DNA from: Candidatus Krumholzibacteriota bacterium
GTDB taxonomy: Bacteria; Krumholzibacteriota; Krumholzibacteriia; JAJRXK01
Direction: 5' to 3'
Length of the DNA stretch: 64,000 bases
NCBI GenBank assembly: GCA_963764625.1
Contig: CAVXTH010000003.1
Location: 42,386-106,385, forward strand
The translations under genes and the position numbers were made by a program. Every line of letters begins with the position of its first letter. The stretch's first letter is position 1. The notes beneath the pieces were generated by a model. It was not told the DNA's origin. It did no database searches and saw only the letters and a list, made by a program, of their open reading frames with translations. Below are positions 10,620 to 20,163 of the stretch, one piece after another.

Positions 10620-11140
10620 CAGGACTTCACCCCGTCAGTGGTGTTGTTGAGGAGGAAGTCGAGATCGACCACGAACTTCTCACGCGAATCTGCGGCGATC
10701 TCGAAAATTCCGGTATCCATTCGGATCGCGTCGCACGGACAGGCTTCGACGCACATGCCGCAATAGACGCAGCGAAGCAGATCGATCACGAAAGTCTCGG
10801 GACGCTTCTCCACGTCGTTGCGATCGTCGGCCATGGCCACGATGTCGATGCAATCGGCCGGGCACACGGTGGAGCACATCTGGCAGGCCACGCAACGCGG
10901 CGACCCGTCCTCCCTCTTCATCAGACGATGCCGGCTTCGAAGCCAGGTGCCATAGTTGGGCTTCTCGTCGGGATACTGCAGGGTCGGCATATCGCTCATG
11001 TGAAAGAGATTCGTCACGAAGTGACGCGCGGTGATGTACATCCCCCTGAGAATTTCTTTCAGATACCAGAGTTCAGCGCCGCGCATTTTCGCGCCGCGCC
11101 CGCCGGTCTTGGCTTCTGGTCCGTGGATCGAGTACGGCAT
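10619..11140 (-). CDS. nuoI: NADH-quinone oxidoreductase subunit I
   Basis: Two 4Fe-4S motifs, CVACQMCSTVCP and CVYCGMCVEACP; TLQYPDE. Confidence 0.95.
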   Translation of the reverse strand: MPYSIHGPEAKTGGRGAKMRGAELWYLKEILRGMYITARHFVTNLFHMSDMPTLQYPDEKPNYGTWLRSRHRLMKREDGSPRCVACQMCSTVCPADCIDIVAMADDRNDVEKRPETFVIDLLRCVYCGMCVEACPCDAIRMDTGIFEIAADSREKFVVDLDFLLNNTTDGVKS

Positions 11141-11152
11141 CCAGTCGGCCTC

Positions 11153-12436
11153 CTACGAACGCGCCAACAGCACGGCGGCCGCGGTTACGAGAAAGTTCAA
11201 GAGGCCAAGCGGAAGCATGACCTTCCAGCCCAAATTCATGAGCTGATCGTAACGGAAGCGGGGAAGCGTCCAGCGAACCCAGATGAAGAGCCACGAGAAA
11301 AAGACCGTCTTCAGGATGAAGCTGCCGACCTGAGCCACGGTCGCAAAATTGGCCGAGCCCTGCGCGTTGAGTGCCCACGGGGAGGCCAGAACCAAGAAGC
11401 CGAGGCAGCCCATTCCCAAGAGGAAGAAGACCACTCCGAGAATCAAGGGCTCGAGTTCACGGCGATCGCCGAGCAATCCGCGCTCCTTGTCGAAGCGCCG
11501 CCAGAGCAAGGCCGCGAACAGCAAGTTGAACAGGACCCCGAGGGAGAGGGTGACGGTGAGGAGCATGGGGGCGTGCTCGCGCAAGGTGGCCGTGTCCAGC
11601 CAGGGAATCTGCCAACCTCCGAAATAGAGACTGGCGATGAATCCAGCCGAGATGATCATGCTCGCGTACTCCGCCATGAAGAAGAGCGCGAACTTCAGGC
11701 TGCTGTACTCCAGGTTGTAGCCCGAAACCAACTCGCTCTCCCCCTCCGCCAGGTCGAAGGGTGTACGATTGGTCTCGGCGAAGACCGCGACCAGGAAGAT
11801 GATGAAACCCAGCGGTTGCAGAACCACTCCCCAACGCGGCAGGAATCCCCAGAGAAGTTGCCCCTGTTCCACTACCATCGCGTCCACCCGGGTGGAGCCG
11901 TAGACCAGGAACAGCGCCAGGACGGCCAGCCCCATGTTGAGCTCGTAGGAGATCATCTGCGCGGTGGCCCGGATTCCGCCCAGGAAGGTGTACTTGTTGT
12001 TGGAGGCCCATCCCGCCAACACGATTCCGTACACCCCGAGGCTCGTGATCGCGAGCAGATACAGAATTCCCACGTCGAGATTCGCGATGCGCAACGGGAT
12101 CACTCTGTCACCCAGATACAGTGCATCCCCGAAGGGAAGAATCGCGAAGGTGCAGAGCGAGACCACCATCACCAAGAACGGGGCCAGAGTGTAGAAGAAA
12201 CGGTTCACTCCGGCGGGGACGACGTCTTCCTTGAAGATCAGCTTCAACACGTCGGCCAAGGGATGGATCATACCTCCCAGACGGATCACTCCGCCCAGGC
12301 TCGCGCGGTTGGGTCCCACGCGATCCTGAATGAATGCCGCCCCCTTGCGCTCACCCCAGATCATGATTCCCAAGAGGCCCATCACGAAGACCAGCATGAA
12401 CACGATCTTGCCCAGAGTCCAAGCCAGTTCAGCCAC
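11153..12436 (-). CDS. nuoH: NADH-quinone oxidoreductase subunit H
   Basis: GTG start at 12436. ERKGAAFIQDRVGPN, ETNRTPFDLAEGESELVSG and RWTLPRFRYDQLM motifs. Confidence 0.95.
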   Translation of the reverse strand: MAELAWTLGKIVFMLVFVMGLLGIMIWGERKGAAFIQDRVGPNRASLGGVIRLGGMIHPLADVLKLIFKEDVVPAGVNRFFYTLAPFLVMVVSLCTFAILPFGDALYLGDRVIPLRIANLDVGILYLLAITSLGVYGIVLAGWASNNKYTFLGGIRATAQMISYELNMGLAVLALFLVYGSTRVDAMVVEQGQLLWGFLPRWGVVLQPLGFIIFLVAVFAETNRTPFDLAEGESELVSGYNLEYSSLKFALFFMAEYASMIISAGFIASLYFGGWQIPWLDTATLREHAPMLLTVTLSLGVLFNLLFAALLWRRFDKERGLLGDRRELEPLILGVVFFLLGMGCLGFLVLASPWALNAQGSANFATVAQVGSFILKTVFFSWLFIWVRWTLPRFRYDQLMNLGWKVMLPLGLLNFLVTAAAVLLARS

Positions 12437-14021
12437 GCTCCACCTCCTCCACCGTTTCTCCGCGGGAGAGCGAGACCCCGTGGGCCCCAATCCCCCCCGC
12501 GATCGCCGCGAACTCGGGAAGCCGAGCCGAAAGTTCGCTCGTGAGATCGTGGTCGGCACGCCAGGTGGGCGCGTGACCTAGCATCTCGCCCATGCGCGCG
12601 ATGAGCCGCCAGTTCTCCTGCGATTGCTTGGGACCGTCGACCGCTTTTTGCAGGGTCTGCGCGCGCTGGTTCCGGTTGACGAAAGTCCCGCTCTTCTCGG
12701 CGTAACTCTGGCCGGCGAGCACGAAATCTGCCCGGGCGGAGGTGGCGTTGTCCCGGCACCCGAGGTAGGCGATGAGACCGAAGCCGTCCAGGGCCTCCGC
12801 TGCCGCGGGGGCGAGGCCCGCCAGATCATTCTCCAGCACGACGAGAAGCGTCTCCTTCGAGGCGAGCGCATGAAGATCTTGCGCCTGAAAACTCGAGTAC
12901 CCGAGAAGGCGCGCGCCCGCGTCGTTGGGCGTACGATCGGCCGAGAGAAGGAACTCGTCCGCCTCGTCCATCTCGGCGCCCAGGAGGCGATGCCCGAGCA
13001 CCGTTCCTCCCACTGCGTCCTGAAGCAGACTCTTGAGGGCGTAGAGTTCTTCGAGCGTCGCGTGCGGACTTCCCACCAAAACGATTCGTTTCGAGTCGCC
13101 GAGCTCTTCGACACGCCGCTGGAATTCGTTCCACAGGTGGTCCCAACCCACCGGCACCTGCTCACCTTCGGTCTTGACCCGGGGCTCTTGCAGACGATCG
13201 TCCCCCTGGACGAGTCGGTAATGCAGACGTCCCGGATCGCACATCCAGTAGTCGTTCACCTCGAGATTTTCGCGTGGCTGCTGCCGGAAGATCCTGCCTT
13301 CGCTATGCCCGATGATCATGTTGCACCCGGTGGCGCAGCCGGGACAGATGCTCTGTGTGGTCTTGAGCCGATAGACTCGCTTCTCGAAGCGGAAATCCCG
13401 GCTCGTGAGCGCCCCCACCGGACACAGATCGACCACGTTCAGGCTGTAGTCGTTGTCCAGAGTCAGCCCCGGCGCGACCCCGATTTCGCTGTGGTTGCCG
13501 CGGTTGAAGATCCCGAGTTCGTTCGTCTTGCTGAGGTGCTCGGTGAATCTGGTGCAGCGCGCGCACAACACGCATCGTTCCGCGTCGAGCATCACGTACG
13601 GCCCGATGGACTGCACCTTTCGCTTGGCGAGCTTGTCTCCCACCTCGATGTCGGCCTCGTAGAGCCCGTATTTCATGTACTGGTCCTGCAGAGCGCACTC
13701 GCCCACCTGATCGCAAATGGGGCAATCGACCGGGTGGTGCAGAAGATGGAATCCCAGGATCTGGCGAACCGTGCTCGCGAGACGCTCGGTGCGAGTGTGC
13801 ACCACCATTCCCTCACGAACCGTCGAGTTGCAGGCGATCTGCAGCTTGGGAACGCCTTCGATCTCGACCTGACACATGCGACAGACTCCGGCGATGGGCA
13901 AACCGGGGTGATAGCAGAAGTGAGGCAGCTTCTCTCCGCCCCGGGCGATCGTGCAGGCTTCGAAGAGGTTCATGCCCGCTTCGAAATCCCATTCCTTGCC
14001 GTCGATGGTGATCTTCGCCAC
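12429..14021 (-). CDS. nuoG: NADH-quinone oxidoreductase subunit G (short form, 530 aa)
   Basis: PHFCYHP..CRMC (N1b), HPVDCPICDQVGEC (N5), CVLCARC...CPVGAL (N4) and CPGCATGC...C (N7). Confidence 0.93.
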   Translation of the reverse strand: MAKITIDGKEWDFEAGMNLFEACTIARGGEKLPHFCYHPGLPIAGVCRMCQVEIEGVPKLQIACNSTVREGMVVHTRTERLASTVRQILGFHLLHHPVDCPICDQVGECALQDQYMKYGLYEADIEVGDKLAKRKVQSIGPYVMLDAERCVLCARCTRFTEHLSKTNELGIFNRGNHSEIGVAPGLTLDNDYSLNVVDLCPVGALTSRDFRFEKRVYRLKTTQSICPGCATGCNMIIGHSEGRIFRQQPRENLEVNDYWMCDPGRLHYRLVQGDDRLQEPRVKTEGEQVPVGWDHLWNEFQRRVEELGDSKRIVLVGSPHATLEELYALKSLLQDAVGGTVLGHRLLGAEMDEADEFLLSADRTPNDAGARLLGYSSFQAQDLHALASKETLLVVLENDLAGLAPAAAEALDGFGLIAYLGCRDNATSARADFVLAGQSYAEKSGTFVNRNQRAQTLQKAVDGPKQSQENWRLIARMGEMLGHAPTWRADHDLTSELSARLPEFAAIAGGIGAHGVSLSRGETVEEVERG

Positions 14022-14030
14022 GTGCGTCTC

Positions 14031-15347
14031 CTAAACTGGGTCCTCGGCGGCCCGAGCGGTGGGCACGAAATCCTCGAGTTCCTCACCCTTGGGCAGAAGC
14101 GCCTCGAATTCCTCGCGGAACTTGCTGATGAAACTGCGCGTGGGCATGACCGCGGCATCGGCCAACACGCAGATCGTGGTGCCCATCATGTTCCCGCAGA
14201 GTCTCTCGATGATTTCGAGATCCCCGGGCCGGCCCTCCCCGTCGAGCATGCGCTGCAGAATCATGTCCAACCAGCCGGTTCCCTCCCGGCAGGGGGTGCA
14301 TTGTCCGCAACTCTCGTGGTGATAGAACTGGAGGAGCACCTTCAGGATCTCGGGCATCTTGGCGTCGTCTCCGATCACGATGCACCCGCCCGAACCGAGC
14401 ATGGTGCCCAGCTCCGCCAGCGACTCGTAATCGAGCATGGCCGCCATGGTCTCCTCGGCGTTGAGAATCGGCACCGAGGAGCCTCCGGGAATCGAAGCCT
14501 TCAGTTCGATTCCGGGCAACATTCCCTGACCGTATTCTTGACCGAAGATGAGTTCGCGCAGGGGCAGGCCCAACGGAACTTCGTAGACTCCCGGACGCTT
14601 CACCGGTCCGCTCAAACTGAAGAGCTTCGTACCAGGGCTCTTGTCGGTGCCAATCGCCCGGTACGCATCCGCGCCGTGGCGAATGATCCACGGCACCGAC
14701 GCGATGGTCTCCACGTTGTTGACGACGGTGGGAGAATCGAGAAAGCCGACCAGGGCGGGGAATGGCGGTTTGATGCGCGGCTGGCCCTTCTTGCCCTCGA
14801 GACTGTTGATGAGTCCAGTTTCCTCGCCGCAGATGTACGCGCCGGCGCCCTTGTGCACGATGACTTCGAGTTCATAAGCGGTGCCGAGAATGTTCTTGCC
14901 CAGAAGATTCGCCTCGTAGGCCTCATCCACCGCCTGCTGCACCCGGTCGACGAGCCAACCGTACTCCCCACGGATGTAGATGAACGCGTCGTTGCAGCTC
15001 ACCGCGTAGCTGGAGAGGATGATCCCCTCGATCATCTTGTGGGGATCGTAGTCGAGGATGTCGCGGTCCTTGAAAGTTCCCGGTTCGGATTCGTCGGCGT
15101 TGACCAGAAGGTAGACCGGCTTGGCGGAATTCTGCGGTACGAACCCCCACTTCACGCCGGTGGGAAATCCCGCGCCCCCACGTCCGCGCAGACCGCTCTC
15201 CTTCACCACTTTCATCACGTCCTGGGGTTGCATCGTCTTGAGGGCCTTCTCGACCATCTCGTAGCCGCCGCGGGAACGATACACCTGCAGGGTATGACTG
15301 CCCTCGACACCCATGTTGTCGAGCAGGATCTTCGGAAAGTCACTCAC
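14031..15347 (-). CDS. nuoF: NADH-quinone oxidoreductase subunit F
   Basis: GLRGRGGAGFPTG, NADESEPGTFKD, GAYICGEET and ESCGQCTPCREG motifs. Confidence 0.97.
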   Translation of the reverse strand: MSDFPKILLDNMGVEGSHTLQVYRSRGGYEMVEKALKTMQPQDVMKVVKESGLRGRGGAGFPTGVKWGFVPQNSAKPVYLLVNADESEPGTFKDRDILDYDPHKMIEGIILSSYAVSCNDAFIYIRGEYGWLVDRVQQAVDEAYEANLLGKNILGTAYELEVIVHKGAGAYICGEETGLINSLEGKKGQPRIKPPFPALVGFLDSPTVVNNVETIASVPWIIRHGADAYRAIGTDKSPGTKLFSLSGPVKRPGVYEVPLGLPLRELIFGQEYGQGMLPGIELKASIPGGSSVPILNAEETMAAMLDYESLAELGTMLGSGGCIVIGDDAKMPEILKVLLQFYHHESCGQCTPCREGTGWLDMILQRMLDGEGRPGDLEIIERLCGNMMGTTICVLADAAVMPTRSFISKFREEFEALLPKGEELEDFVPTARAAEDPV

Positions 15348-15909
15348 TCTTATCCCACTCCTCGATGAGTGCGTCCACTTTCTCCACCGTCAGGTTCTCG
15401 TAGTAACGGTCGCCGACCTGCATCATGGGTCCGTACCCGCAAGCGCCGAGACACTCGGCCTCCTCCAGACGCCATTTTCCGTCGCTCGAAGTCTGGCCCA
15501 CTTCGAGTGAGAGGTGGTCCTTGATGTGGTCGATGATCTTTCTCGCCCCCATGAGATGGCAGCTGATGTTGCGGCAGACCTGCAGGTTGTAACGTCCCGG
15601 ATCCTCGGTGTAATACATGGTGTAGAAGGTGATGAGTTCGTATACGCGGGTCACCGGCACTTCCAGGCGCAGGGCGACCCACTCCGGCACGCCCGGCCGC
15701 AGCCAACCCCATTCGGCCTGGCACAGCCAGAGCGTGGGCATGATGGCGCTGGTGCGCGTGGGATAGCGGCGCACGATCTCCTGGAACTTCTCTTCGCGCT
15801 CCGTACTGAAGGCAAAGCCGTCCGGGGCCGTCGGGCCGGCAGCGTTCTCGGTGGCGGCGCTGGTTTCCGCCGCTTCGACGCCCTCGTTCGTTTCCTGGTT
15901 CTCGCTCAT
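15340..15909 (-). CDS. nuoE: NADH-quinone oxidoreductase subunit E
   Basis: TFYTMY, VCRNISC and ECLGAC (2Fe-2S) motifs. Confidence 0.95.
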   Translation of the reverse strand: MSENQETNEGVEAAETSAATENAAGPTAPDGFAFSTEREEKFQEIVRRYPTRTSAIMPTLWLCQAEWGWLRPGVPEWVALRLEVPVTRVYELITFYTMYYTEDPGRYNLQVCRNISCHLMGARKIIDHIKDHLSLEVGQTSSDGKWRLEEAECLGACGYGPMMQVGDRYYENLTVEKVDALIEEWDKSE

Positions 15910-17657
15910 CGATCCAACTCTCCAGCGACGATATTCAGTCCACCCAGAATGGCGACGGCATCGGGCACCATCAAGCCCTTGGTGAGCGTGGGAAAGGACG
16001 AAAATATGGGGAAGCAGGGCGGGCGAACCTTCACCCGGTAGGGATGCCCCGAACCGTCACTCACGCAGTAGAATCCCAACTCACCGTTGGCGGCCTCGGT
16101 GAAGCCATAGGCCTCACCCTTGGGGATGAGGATGCCCTCGAAGATCAGTTTGAAGTGGTTCATCATCCCCTCGATGGAGTTGTAGACCTCGTCCTTGGGG
16201 GGCAACACGCAGCGCCGATCCTCGGCCTGGATGGGACCGCCGGGCAGATTCTCCACCGCCTGCTGGATGATGGAAATCGATTGATAGATCTCCTCGATTC
16301 TCACCATGATGCGATCGTAGGCGTCGCCGTTCTCTCCCACCGGGATGTCGAACTCGTAGTTCTCGAAGCCCGAATAGGGGAAGGCCTTTCGCACGTCGTA
16401 CGGTACGCCGCTGGCGCGTAGACACGGACCGGTGTAACCCCAGCTCACCGCGTCCTTCGCGTTTATCACGCCCACGCCGACCGTCCGATCCATCAGAATT
16501 CGATTGCGCTGCACCAACCCCATCATGTCGTTGACGCCCGCTTCCACCTTGGGCAAAGCGGCTAAGAGGTCGCGTTCGAATCCCTCGTAGAGATCGCGGT
16601 AGAGCCCGCCGATCCGCGTGTAGCTGGTGGTGAGACGTTCGCCACACAGACGCTCTACGATGTCGTACAGATATTCACGTGCGTTCCAGGTGTACCAGTA
16701 GTTGGTGAGAGCGCCGATATCGACCAGGTTGGTGCCAGTGCACACCAGGTGGTCCATGATGCGCCCCATCTCGCTCACGATGACGCGGATCGCCTGCGCA
16801 CGCGGAGGAATCTCCACCCCCAACAGCTTCTCCACCGCGAGCACGTAGCCCACGTTGTTGGTCAAGGCGCTCACGTAGTTCAGGCGGTCGGTGTAGGGAA
16901 TCACCTGGTGCCAGGTGTGATCCTCGGCCTCCTTTTCGAAGCAGCGGTGAAGATACCCGATCTCCGCCTTGCTGCTCACGATGGTTTCCCCGTCGAGAAG
17001 CGCTTCGATCCGGAGTGCGCCGTGCGTCGCCGGGTGGCTCGGACCGATGTTCACCGGGAGATAGTCGGAGTGCATCTCATCGCTGAGCTGGACCCCCATC
17101 GTGCCTTCCCAACCGCCCTCATTGCTCCAGTGTCCCTCGTGGGCGGATTCGCGACCGGGAAGCACTTCCTCGTCGGTGAGGAGCTTCTCGACCGTGTAGC
17201 ACATCTGACCCTTTTCGATTGGGTAGTCCTTGCGCAGCGCGTTGCCCTTGAACTCGTGGTGGCAGAGCAGACGCCGCAGGTCGGGATGACCGGAGAACTT
17301 CACCCCAAAGAGATCGAAGACTTCCCGCTCGTGCCAGTTCGCCGAGTTGAAGAGTCCGCTGGCCGAGGGAACCGCTTCGTTCTCGTCGACCCGCGTCCTC
17401 AGGCGGATGCGATGGCCGTGCTGCAGGCTGCGCAGATTGTAGATCACTTCGAAGCGCTTCTCGCGCTCCGGGAAATCCACCCCGATGACGTCCAGGAGCA
17501 GATCGCAATCGCACTGCGGATCGTCGCGCAGAAAGCGCAGGACGGCGGGAAGATCGGCCGGCGCTACGTCGATGCTGCTGTCTTTTAGAGTGTCGCTGGA
17601 CGAGAGGATCTTCTCGCCGAATTCCCCCTGGACCAGCTCAGACAGTCTTCTGGACAC
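15906..17657 (-). CDS. nuoCD: Fused NADH-quinone oxidoreductase subunit C/D
   Basis: Probable GTG start at 17657. NuoC part (WHEREVFDLFG..GHPDLRR..LRKDYP) is in frame with the NuoD part (NIGPSHPATHG, IGYLHR, C-terminal GELDR). Confidence 0.93.
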   Translation of the reverse strand: MSRRLSELVQGEFGEKILSSSDTLKDSSIDVAPADLPAVLRFLRDDPQCDCDLLLDVIGVDFPEREKRFEVIYNLRSLQHGHRIRLRTRVDENEAVPSASGLFNSANWHEREVFDLFGVKFSGHPDLRRLLCHHEFKGNALRKDYPIEKGQMCYTVEKLLTDEEVLPGRESAHEGHWSNEGGWEGTMGVQLSDEMHSDYLPVNIGPSHPATHGALRIEALLDGETIVSSKAEIGYLHRCFEKEAEDHTWHQVIPYTDRLNYVSALTNNVGYVLAVEKLLGVEIPPRAQAIRVIVSEMGRIMDHLVCTGTNLVDIGALTNYWYTWNAREYLYDIVERLCGERLTTSYTRIGGLYRDLYEGFERDLLAALPKVEAGVNDMMGLVQRNRILMDRTVGVGVINAKDAVSWGYTGPCLRASGVPYDVRKAFPYSGFENYEFDIPVGENGDAYDRIMVRIEEIYQSISIIQQAVENLPGGPIQAEDRRCVLPPKDEVYNSIEGMMNHFKLIFEGILIPKGEAYGFTEAANGELGFYCVSDGSGHPYRVKVRPPCFPIFSSFPTLTKGLMVPDAVAILGGLNIVAGELDR

Positions 17658-18144
17658 GATGACGCTCCTTGGCGGCTTCCACTCCCTCACGCTCGATCTT
17701 CTTCTGAAGTTGGACCAGCGCGCTGAGCAAATTCTCGGGCGTGGGCGGACAGCCCGCGACGTAGAGATCGACCGGAATGATCCGATCGATTCCCTGCAGA
17801 GTGCCGTAGTTGTTGTAGAAACCACCCGAGCTGGCGCAGACCCCCATGGCGATGACCCACTTGGGTTCGGCCATCTGCTCGTAGATGCGCTTGAGGATCG
17901 GCGCTTGCTTGTAGGAAATCGTTCCCGCCACCAGGAGCAAATCGCTCTGCCGCGGACTGAAGCGCACTGCCTCGGCCCCGAAGCGAGAAATGTCCGACAT
18001 CGACCCCACGACGCCCATGAATTCGATGGCGCAGCAGGCCGTGCCGAACGGCATGGGCCACAGACTGTACTTTCTGCCCCAATTCAGCGCGTGTCGAAGA
18101 CTAGTGGTGATGTAGTTGGAAGGATGATCGAGACTCACTCCCAT
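17638..18144 (-). CDS. nuoB: NADH-quinone oxidoreductase subunit B
   Basis: FGTACCAIEFM, SPRQSD and VAGCPPTPE motifs. Confidence 0.96.
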   Translation of the reverse strand: MGVSLDHPSNYITTSLRHALNWGRKYSLWPMPFGTACCAIEFMGVVGSMSDISRFGAEAVRFSPRQSDLLLVAGTISYKQAPILKRIYEQMAEPKWVIAMGVCASSGGFYNNYGTLQGIDRIIPVDLYVAGCPPTPENLLSALVQLQKKIEREGVEAAKERHRVQKTV

Positions 18145-18503
18145 TCCAACGCCCCCTTCTTCCATTCATAGAGGAGTCCAACCACTAGGAGCAGGAAAAA
18201 CGCGATCATGGCAAGGAAGAGTTGCATGCCGGCGCCCATCTCGACGAAAGAGCGAAAGTTGACGGCCCAGGGCACCAGAAATACCGTCTCGAGATCGAAA
18301 AGAAGGAAAAGAAGGGCAACCACGTAGAAGCGAACGAAGAACCTGACCTGGGTGTTTCCGCGGCTGGGAACCCCGCACTCGTAGGTGGTCAGCTTTCCCG
18401 GGGTTTCGTTGCGGGGACCCAGGACACGCGAAAGAACGACGAAGAACAGGCTGAAAGCGGTCGCGATCCCCACTACCAGGAGAATGGGAAAATAGTCGTT
18501 CAT
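18135..18503 (-). CDS. nuoA: NADH-quinone oxidoreductase subunit A
   Basis: YECG, LFLLFDLETVFL and YEWKKGALEW motifs. Confidence 0.96.
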   Translation of the reverse strand: MNDYFPILLVVGIATAFSLFFVVLSRVLGPRNETPGKLTTYECGVPSRGNTQVRFFVRFYVVALLFLLFDLETVFLVPWAVNFRSFVEMGAGMQLFLAMIAFFLLLVVGLLYEWKKGALEWE

Positions 18504-18636
18504 CGTGGACGCACTCCGTCAATCGTGGGGACGGGAAGCCGGGATTCAGGGGTCGCCCCACCCCGTGCCCGACGAAACTCATCCGGTGCAGAGCCAATGC
18601 ACAGCCAATGCACAGGATAGCTGCTTGCGGGGCGCA

Positions 18637-18665
18637 AACCTATACATCATACAGAAGGAAGTCAA
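18637..18665 (-). promoter_or_regulatory. Putative sigma70 promoter of the nuo operon
   Basis: Minus strand TTGACT-N17-TAGGTT in an AT-richer stretch about 135 nt upstream of nuoA. Confidence 0.5.
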
Positions 18666-18699
18666 CTCAAGCCCACGGCCCTCCCCCGGTCCCCCGCGC

Positions 18700-20163
18700 A
18701 TGCATTCTACCTCCTTGAGCATCCCCCTCACCCTCGATCCCCTGCAGGCGGCCCGGGGACTGGCCGCGTGTCCCGGGACGCTTCTCTTGCACACCCAGCG
18801 TCCCTGGGGAAGCTACCGGCGGTCCGCTCTGCTCTTCTCCCCGCGCTGGATCCTGCGGCAGCGCGCCGGACAGCCGCCACACTGGTCGGGAGAGGTCCCC
18901 GCTCCGAAGCCCCCGGCCCTTTCCACGGACCGGCTGGTGGGAGATCTGGCCGCTCTGTGGCCCAGAGAGCCCTTTCTTCAGGCCCCTTTCACCGGCCTGG
19001 CCGGCTGCCTGAGCTTCGAGTTGGGGAGCGCCCGCGTCAACGCCCGGCCCGGCGCCCCTCCACCCTTCCATTTCCCCGACGCCTGGATCGGCGCCTACGA
19101 CCTGGCCCTGGTCTTCGGCCCCGGGGAGACTCCGCGGCTCGTCGTCTCCGACCTGTACCCCGTGGTGCCCCGGCGCACGAAGCTGACCGGGGCGGCCAAA
19201 ACCCAGCCGCTGCGCGCCCGCGCCGAGGAGGCCCTCGAGCGCTTGCACGCGGCCACCGCGATCGGCGCCCAAGCGTCGAAAGGATCGATCCCTCCCACTC
19301 CACCCTCGGCGGGCCGCACCGCTTCGCTGGAGTTCTTCGACGCGCGGTGGCACGAGGGCGCGGTCGACCGGGTAAAGCGGTATCTGCGCGCGGGGGAGGT
19401 CTACCAGGTCAACCTGACGGGAATGGCGACCGCCCGCGCGAGCGTTTCTCCCTTCGAGGCTTTCCTCGATCAGGCGAAGCGCAACCCGGTGCCGTTCGCG
19501 GCCTACCTGAATGCGGGGGAAGCCGTGATCTGTTCGCATTCCCCCGAACTCTTGCTTTCGCTCGACGGCGAGCGCGCCGAAACCGCGCCGATCAAGGGGA
19601 CGAGAGTGGAGTCGCTGGGCGACCTCGAAGCTCTCCATCGCAGCGACAAGGACCGCGCCGAGCACGTGATGATCGTCGACCTGTGCCGCAACGATCTGGG
19701 GATCACGGCGAAGTATGGTACGGTCAGGGTCGAGGAGTTCATGCAACCCCTTCGCCTGCACCATCTCGTGCACCTGGTGAGCCGCATCACGGCCACCATT
19801 CCCCGAGAGCGCCAAGCTCGCTTGCTCAGCGATCTCTTTCCGGGAGGAAGCGTGACGGGCGCTCCCAAACGACGCGCGATCGAGATCATCTCGCAGCTCG
19901 AACTCAGCGCGCGTGGTCCCTACACCGGGAGTCTCGGATTCTGGGACCGGAGCGGCCGCGCCCTCTGGAACATCGCCATCCGCACCGCGGTATGGCAGGA
20001 GCAAACCGTCTCCTTTGGGTGCGGAGGGGGGATCGTGCTCGACAGCGATCCGGCCCACGAGTACCAGGAGGCCGTATTGAAGGCCCGCTCGTTCTTTGAT
20101 ACCTTGAATGCTCTCGGTGCGCAGGATCCTCACGCGAGGCCCGTGGCCCAACAAGGAGCATGA
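18700..20163 (+). CDS. pabB: Aminodeoxychorismate synthase component I / anthranilate synthase component I family protein
   Basis: GEVYQVNL, SHSPELL, PIKGT, AEHVMIVDLCRNDL, FPGGSVTGAPK and NIAIRT motifs. Start taken at ATG 18700. Confidence 0.85.
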   Translation: MHSTSLSIPLTLDPLQAARGLAACPGTLLLHTQRPWGSYRRSALLFSPRWILRQRAGQPPHWSGEVPAPKPPALSTDRLVGDLAALWPREPFLQAPFTGLAGCLSFELGSARVNARPGAPPPFHFPDAWIGAYDLALVFGPGETPRLVVSDLYPVVPRRTKLTGAAKTQPLRARAEEALERLHAATAIGAQASKGSIPPTPPSAGRTASLEFFDARWHEGAVDRVKRYLRAGEVYQVNLTGMATARASVSPFEAFLDQAKRNPVPFAAYLNAGEAVICSHSPELLLSLDGERAETAPIKGTRVESLGDLEALHRSDKDRAEHVMIVDLCRNDLGITAKYGTVRVEEFMQPLRLHHLVHLVSRITATIPRERQARLLSDLFPGGSVTGAPKRRAIEIISQLELSARGPYTGSLGFWDRSGRALWNIAIRTAVWQEQTVSFGCGGGIVLDSDPAHEYQEAVLKARSFFDTLNALGAQDPHARPVAQQGA

